Source: Promethearchaeota archaeon (GTDB lineage Archaea > Asgardarchaeota > Lokiarchaeia > Sigyniarchaeales > SOKP01). Taken from it: a stretch of 64,000 nucleotides of DNA. Below the pieces are notes generated by a model that saw only the letters and a program-made list of their open reading frames with translations, was not told the origin of the DNA and ran no database searches. Where the stretch lies: the NCBI GenBank assembly GCA_048941015.1, contig JBHLNZ010000001.1, positions 32,001 to 96,000 of the forward strand, written 5' to 3'. This document shows, piece by piece, positions 60,114 through 64,000 of the stretch. A program made the translations under genes and the position numbers. Each line of letters begins with the position of its first letter. Positions within the stretch are counted from its first letter, which is position 1.

Positions 60114-61355
60114 TTGAGAGATCAAACTTTGAGTGGTAAAGATAATAATAGGAGGTTTTTCAAATATCGAACTCTAATGCCTTTATGGATTGCCGTCTTT
60201 ATTGACATTATAGGCTTCTCTATGATTTTACCAATGGCACCTTATATCGCTGACGATTTCAATATAGAATATTTTCTAATGGGGATAGTACTCTCTGTAA
60301 ATGCTATATTTTCATTTATTTTTGGACCAGTATTAGGAAAGTTAAGTGATAAGTATGGGAGAAAACCTTTACTTTTAATTTCGCAGGCAGGCACCTTTTC
60401 AGGATTTTTAATGTTAGCTTTTTCTAATTCAATTTGGATGATTATTATATCACGCATAGTCGATGGCGTTTTTGGTGGCAATTTTCCGATTGCAAAAGCA
60501 ATTATTGGTGACGAGGTACCACCTAAAGACAGGAGTATTCAAATGGCAAATGTAGGCGTTGCACATGTATTAGCTTCTCTTTTTGGACCGGCCTTAGGGG
60601 GAATTCTCTACGATATTGGTGGAATTCTACTCCCTGGTTTATTTGCTGCTGGCTTATCTGTTTTTACTATGATAATTACAATTTTTATATTAGAAGAAAC
60701 TTGGCCTAAATCGAAACGTCAACAACCTCATATAATGAAAACAAAGATTATAATTAAAATTCGTAAAAATAAAGGTGCTATGTTTTACTTAACGTTATTT
60801 GGGTTCCATAGTGCTTCATTCATGGTTGCAATGTCATCATTAGCACTTTTTGCTAAAATTGTATTTGGAATGGAATCTTCTGAAATTGGGATGTTATTAA
60901 TGATTTCTGGAATATTTCGAGCCACAATAAGATTTACTCTTTTTAAACCTGCTATAAATAAATTAGGAGAAAATAATGCTATATTACTTGGTTTAGGTAT
61001 GTTTTTAGTCTCATTTCTAATTGTAGGCTTTTCTTTTTCAGTAATTATGTTTTTTATCTTAATATTAATTATTAGTTTTGCTGCCTCTTTAACACGCGGT
61101 CCATTAAATAGTAAAATTAGTCAATCTGTATCACCAAGAGAACAGGGTAAGATTAATGGCTATTCATCTGGATTAGATAGTTTCTCTCAAATTATAGGAC
61201 CTTTAATTGGTTATTTTATGCTTAGCTTTTTTGCTCCTTACTTCTTAAGCTTTGTAATTGGTACAATCGCCTTAGTACCTTTTCTAATGGGATTTAAAAA
61301 AATAGAAAAGAAAAAGAGCAGAATAACAAATCGAGAATTAACTTTCGAAATGTAA
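60114..61355 (+). CDS. MFS drug:H+ antiporter (TetA-like, DHA1)
   Basis: GKLSDKYGRKP, SRIVDGVFGG, GPALGG. Confidence 0.88.
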   Translation: MRDQTLSGKDNNRRFFKYRTLMPLWIAVFIDIIGFSMILPMAPYIADDFNIEYFLMGIVLSVNAIFSFIFGPVLGKLSDKYGRKPLLLISQAGTFSGFLMLAFSNSIWMIIISRIVDGVFGGNFPIAKAIIGDEVPPKDRSIQMANVGVAHVLASLFGPALGGILYDIGGILLPGLFAAGLSVFTMIITIFILEETWPKSKRQQPHIMKTKIIIKIRKNKGAMFYLTLFGFHSASFMVAMSSLALFAKIVFGMESSEIGMLLMISGIFRATIRFTLFKPAINKLGENNAILLGLGMFLVSFLIVGFSFSVIMFFILILIISFAASLTRGPLNSKISQSVSPREQGKINGYSSGLDSFSQIIGPLIGYFMLSFFAPYFLSFVIGTIALVPFLMGFKKIEKKKSRITNRELTFEM

Positions 61356-61422
61356 TGCTCGACCACCAGATGAGATAGTTTCAAATAAATAACAGAGGTT
61401 AACTTTTTCAAAATCTTTATTT

Positions 61423-62274
61423 TTAACACTTTAAGAATTCAAGAATAAGTTGATTTACTTCAGGAGCAGATTCTAAAGTAAACCAATGTCCTCCTATGAT
61501 AATTTTTAACTTACTATTAGGAATTCTTTGATGCATAGCTTGACCTGAAATTAATGGAGCAAGCCTATCTTTTTCACCGACAAGAATTAATGTTTGATTT
61601 TTTATTTTATGAAGATGTTCTAAAGTATTATGATTTATAATAGAATGAATTAAATTCATAATATCTTGCGATTTGGATGTCCCTTTAGTATTTTCAAACC
61701 GCATTAATTCTTCAGTCGTGAAAAGATTATGAAATTTTTCCTTCGGATTTTCAACCATTTTCTTATAGAATCCTCTTGTAAACCTCTGTTTAACTTTATC
61801 ATAAAATGCTTTTGTTGGGTCCTTCACTTTTGCTTCATAATTTGCGAGTTGACTATTTTTGTACATTTCAAAACCCGACTTATCTAAAGGCAACTTTGCA
61901 AATGTTCCTAATAAAACAAGTTTATTCAAACGTTCTGGATGTTTGATCGCAAATCTTTGAGCAATCATTCCACCCAATGAATGACCTCCAATATGAGCTT
62001 TTTCGATCTCTAAGTAATCCATTAAGCTATTCACATCATCTGCCATATCCTCAATATTATACGGTTCACTAAGATGATCTGAAGCACCGCATCCGCGATT
62101 ATCAATTATTATTACCTTGAAATGCTCTGATAGTGGATTGATTTGTCCAATCCAATATTCTTTATACATAGCAAATCCATGTAAAAGGATTAAAGTTTCA
62201 CCTTTACCATGGATTTCATAACATATTTTAATTCCATTAACTTCTGCAAACAATTCACTCATAATAATAAGCAA
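61423..62274 (-). CDS. Alpha/beta hydrolase
   Basis: HGF, DNRGCG, GHSLGG. Confidence 0.9.
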   Translation of the reverse strand: MLIIMSELFAEVNGIKICYEIHGKGETLILLHGFAMYKEYWIGQINPLSEHFKVIIIDNRGCGASDHLSEPYNIEDMADDVNSLMDYLEIEKAHIGGHSLGGMIAQRFAIKHPERLNKLVLLGTFAKLPLDKSGFEMYKNSQLANYEAKVKDPTKAFYDKVKQRFTRGFYKKMVENPKEKFHNLFTTEELMRFENTKGTSKSQDIMNLIHSIINHNTLEHLHKIKNQTLILVGEKDRLAPLISGQAMHQRIPNSKLKIIIGGHWFTLESAPEVNQLILEFLKC

Positions 62275-62302
62275 TTAAATTCAGTTAAAATATAATATAA
62301 AC

Positions 62303-63151
62303 TTAAGATTGTAAAAAATCAACAATATATTTATTTATCTCTGGAGCTCTTTCTATTGGTGATCCATGACCAGCTTTCTCAATAATTATTAATTTACTAT
62401 TTCGTATTTTTTCATGTATTAATTCATTCATAGATTGAGGTGTTGAACGATCATGACTACCACAGAGAATTAGAGTCTTGTTCTTAATATGTGGTAACTG
62501 TTCAAGAACATTATAAGTTCCTAACGCATGAGTGTAATTTTCTATATCTTGAACTGTTATAGGGTTTACTTTATCTTTTTCAATTAAATCTTCTGCTGAA
62601 AAAAGTCCATGAATCTTTTCTTTTGGTTTTTCCAATAATAATTTCTTAAATTTTCTTGAAAACCCTGGGGTAGCAGAATCGTAAAACGCTTTTACTGGAT
62701 CATCCTTTACTGCTTTTAAAGCATCAATCTTACTTTGCTTGTACATATGCAGTCCAGTTTCTTCACCAGGCCAATAAGGAAGTGTATTTATTAACACTAA
62801 TTCATTTACTTTTTCAGGATAATTTAAGGTGAATACTTGGGCAATCATTCCGCCAACTGACCAACCAACTATATGTGCTTGCTCAATTTCTAAGCTATCC
62901 ATCAATGCTTTAAGATCATCAGCAAACAATTTCATTGTGTATGGTTCATCTGGATGATCAGATTTACCTGCTCCTCTATTATCATACCTTATTACTTTAA
63001 AATCTTCAGATAAAGGAATAAATTGTCCAATCCATTCTTCTTTAGTGACTCCAAATCCATGAATAAGAATTAAAGGATATCCCTCACCACGAATTTCATA
63101 ACAAATTCTAATTCCATTTGCTAAAATATATTTTTCACTCATAAATATCAC
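62303..63151 (-). CDS. Alpha/beta hydrolase
   Basis: HGF, DNRGAG, GWSVGG, AGH. Confidence 0.9.
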   Translation of the reverse strand: MIFMSEKYILANGIRICYEIRGEGYPLILIHGFGVTKEEWIGQFIPLSEDFKVIRYDNRGAGKSDHPDEPYTMKLFADDLKALMDSLEIEQAHIVGWSVGGMIAQVFTLNYPEKVNELVLINTLPYWPGEETGLHMYKQSKIDALKAVKDDPVKAFYDSATPGFSRKFKKLLLEKPKEKIHGLFSAEDLIEKDKVNPITVQDIENYTHALGTYNVLEQLPHIKNKTLILCGSHDRSTPQSMNELIHEKIRNSKLIIIEKAGHGSPIERAPEINKYIVDFLQS

Positions 63152-63155
63152 GTAT

Positions 63156-63989
63156 TTACTTTAAAAACTCAATTATAGTGTTATTCACTTCTGAAGCTCT
63201 TGATAATGGCGAGTTATGACCTGCTTTTTCGATCATTTTTAATCTACTATTTGGAATTGCTTCATGCATCTGAATCATAGTATTGCTAGAAGTTAATCTA
63301 TCATGAGATGATGCTATTAATAGTGTTGGAGTTTTTAATGTTTTCAGATCATCATAAGTGAATGTCTGAATTAAAGCAGCAGATTGATAGGTTATATCTT
63401 GTGGTGTTGGAGGGCTAAAATTTTGGAATTCTATTAGATCATCAACTGACCAGAGACCGTAAAATTTTTTCTTAGGATTAGCTTTCATTTCTTTTCTAAA
63501 TTTGAAATAAAAGCCTAGACGTGCATCATCCCAAAAACATTTAACCGGATCTTTCTTTCTGTCTTCTAGTTCTTTTATATGATTGTTCTTTATCAAATCA
63601 ATACCTTGTTTATCCGGAGCTCCAAGTACAGTATTAATTAACACTAATTTCTTTAACCGCTCTGGATATTTTAAGGCAAATTTTTGTACTATTATGCCTC
63701 CCATCGACCAACCTATAACGTGAGCTTTAGTAATACTTAAATAATCCATCAAGCCTCTAACATCATCAGCAAGCATTTCCATAGTATTTGGTTGTTTAGG
63801 TCTGTCTGATTCCCCACCATTTCTGTTATCAAATCTTATTACTTTAAAATGCTCAGATAGCGAATTCCATTGGGCTATCCATCCCTCTTTATTACCTCCA
63901 AAACCATGTACTAGAATTACAGGCTCCCCTTCACCTTTAATTTCATAACATAATTTTATCCCATTTACGTTAGCATATTCTTTGACCAT
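63156..63989 (-). CDS. Alpha/beta hydrolase
   Basis: HGF, DNRNGG, GWSMGG, AGH. Confidence 0.9.
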   Translation of the reverse strand: MVKEYANVNGIKLCYEIKGEGEPVILVHGFGGNKEGWIAQWNSLSEHFKVIRFDNRNGGESDRPKQPNTMEMLADDVRGLMDYLSITKAHVIGWSMGGIIVQKFALKYPERLKKLVLINTVLGAPDKQGIDLIKNNHIKELEDRKKDPVKCFWDDARLGFYFKFRKEMKANPKKKFYGLWSVDDLIEFQNFSPPTPQDITYQSAALIQTFTYDDLKTLKTPTLLIASSHDRLTSSNTMIQMHEAIPNSRLKMIEKAGHNSPLSRASEVNNTIIEFLK

Positions 63990-64000
63990 GATTAATTCTC

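Overview
AT-rich archaeal chromosomal DNA. The gene content (TFS/RpoM-like zinc ribbon, longin-like/TPR protein, many GPH/MFS transporters, GAGGT/GTGAT ribosome-binding motifs, TATA promoters) points to an Asgard archaeon, probably Lokiarchaeia; this is an inference. Most of the window is ordinary metabolism and transport: phosphodiesterases, acyl-CoA ligases, MFS transporters, a non-pyrrolysine MttB/corrinoid/MtaA-type methyltransferase trio, peptidase and D-amino-acid enzymes, alpha/beta hydrolases and one tRNA-Pro(CGG). The standout is a module present twice (about 11.5-15.4 kb and 45.2-48.4 kb). In each copy a large tandem-winged-helix + TPR protein is divergently transcribed, across a palindrome-rich promoter, from an operon of small ORFs. 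That operon holds a 79/91-aa protein ending in YRNFG and 21-22-aa peptides missing from the ORF track (MARKERLIIIRNDEFNSRYFR, MNEKKRIIVLKNASYNVKYFKW, MKKFERIIMIKNAGYNTQYFRF). It is followed by a conserved ~90-nt hairpin-forming non-coding element. The layout parallels bacterial RRNPP (Rgg/SHP-like) receptor-peptide cassettes, so it is a candidate archaeal peptide-signalling or peptide-regulated system (untested). Secondary observations include a duplicated promoter module near an Lrp gene, a palindrome inside a ParB-like gene with an inverted copy 4.3 kb away, and probable non-AUG starts.
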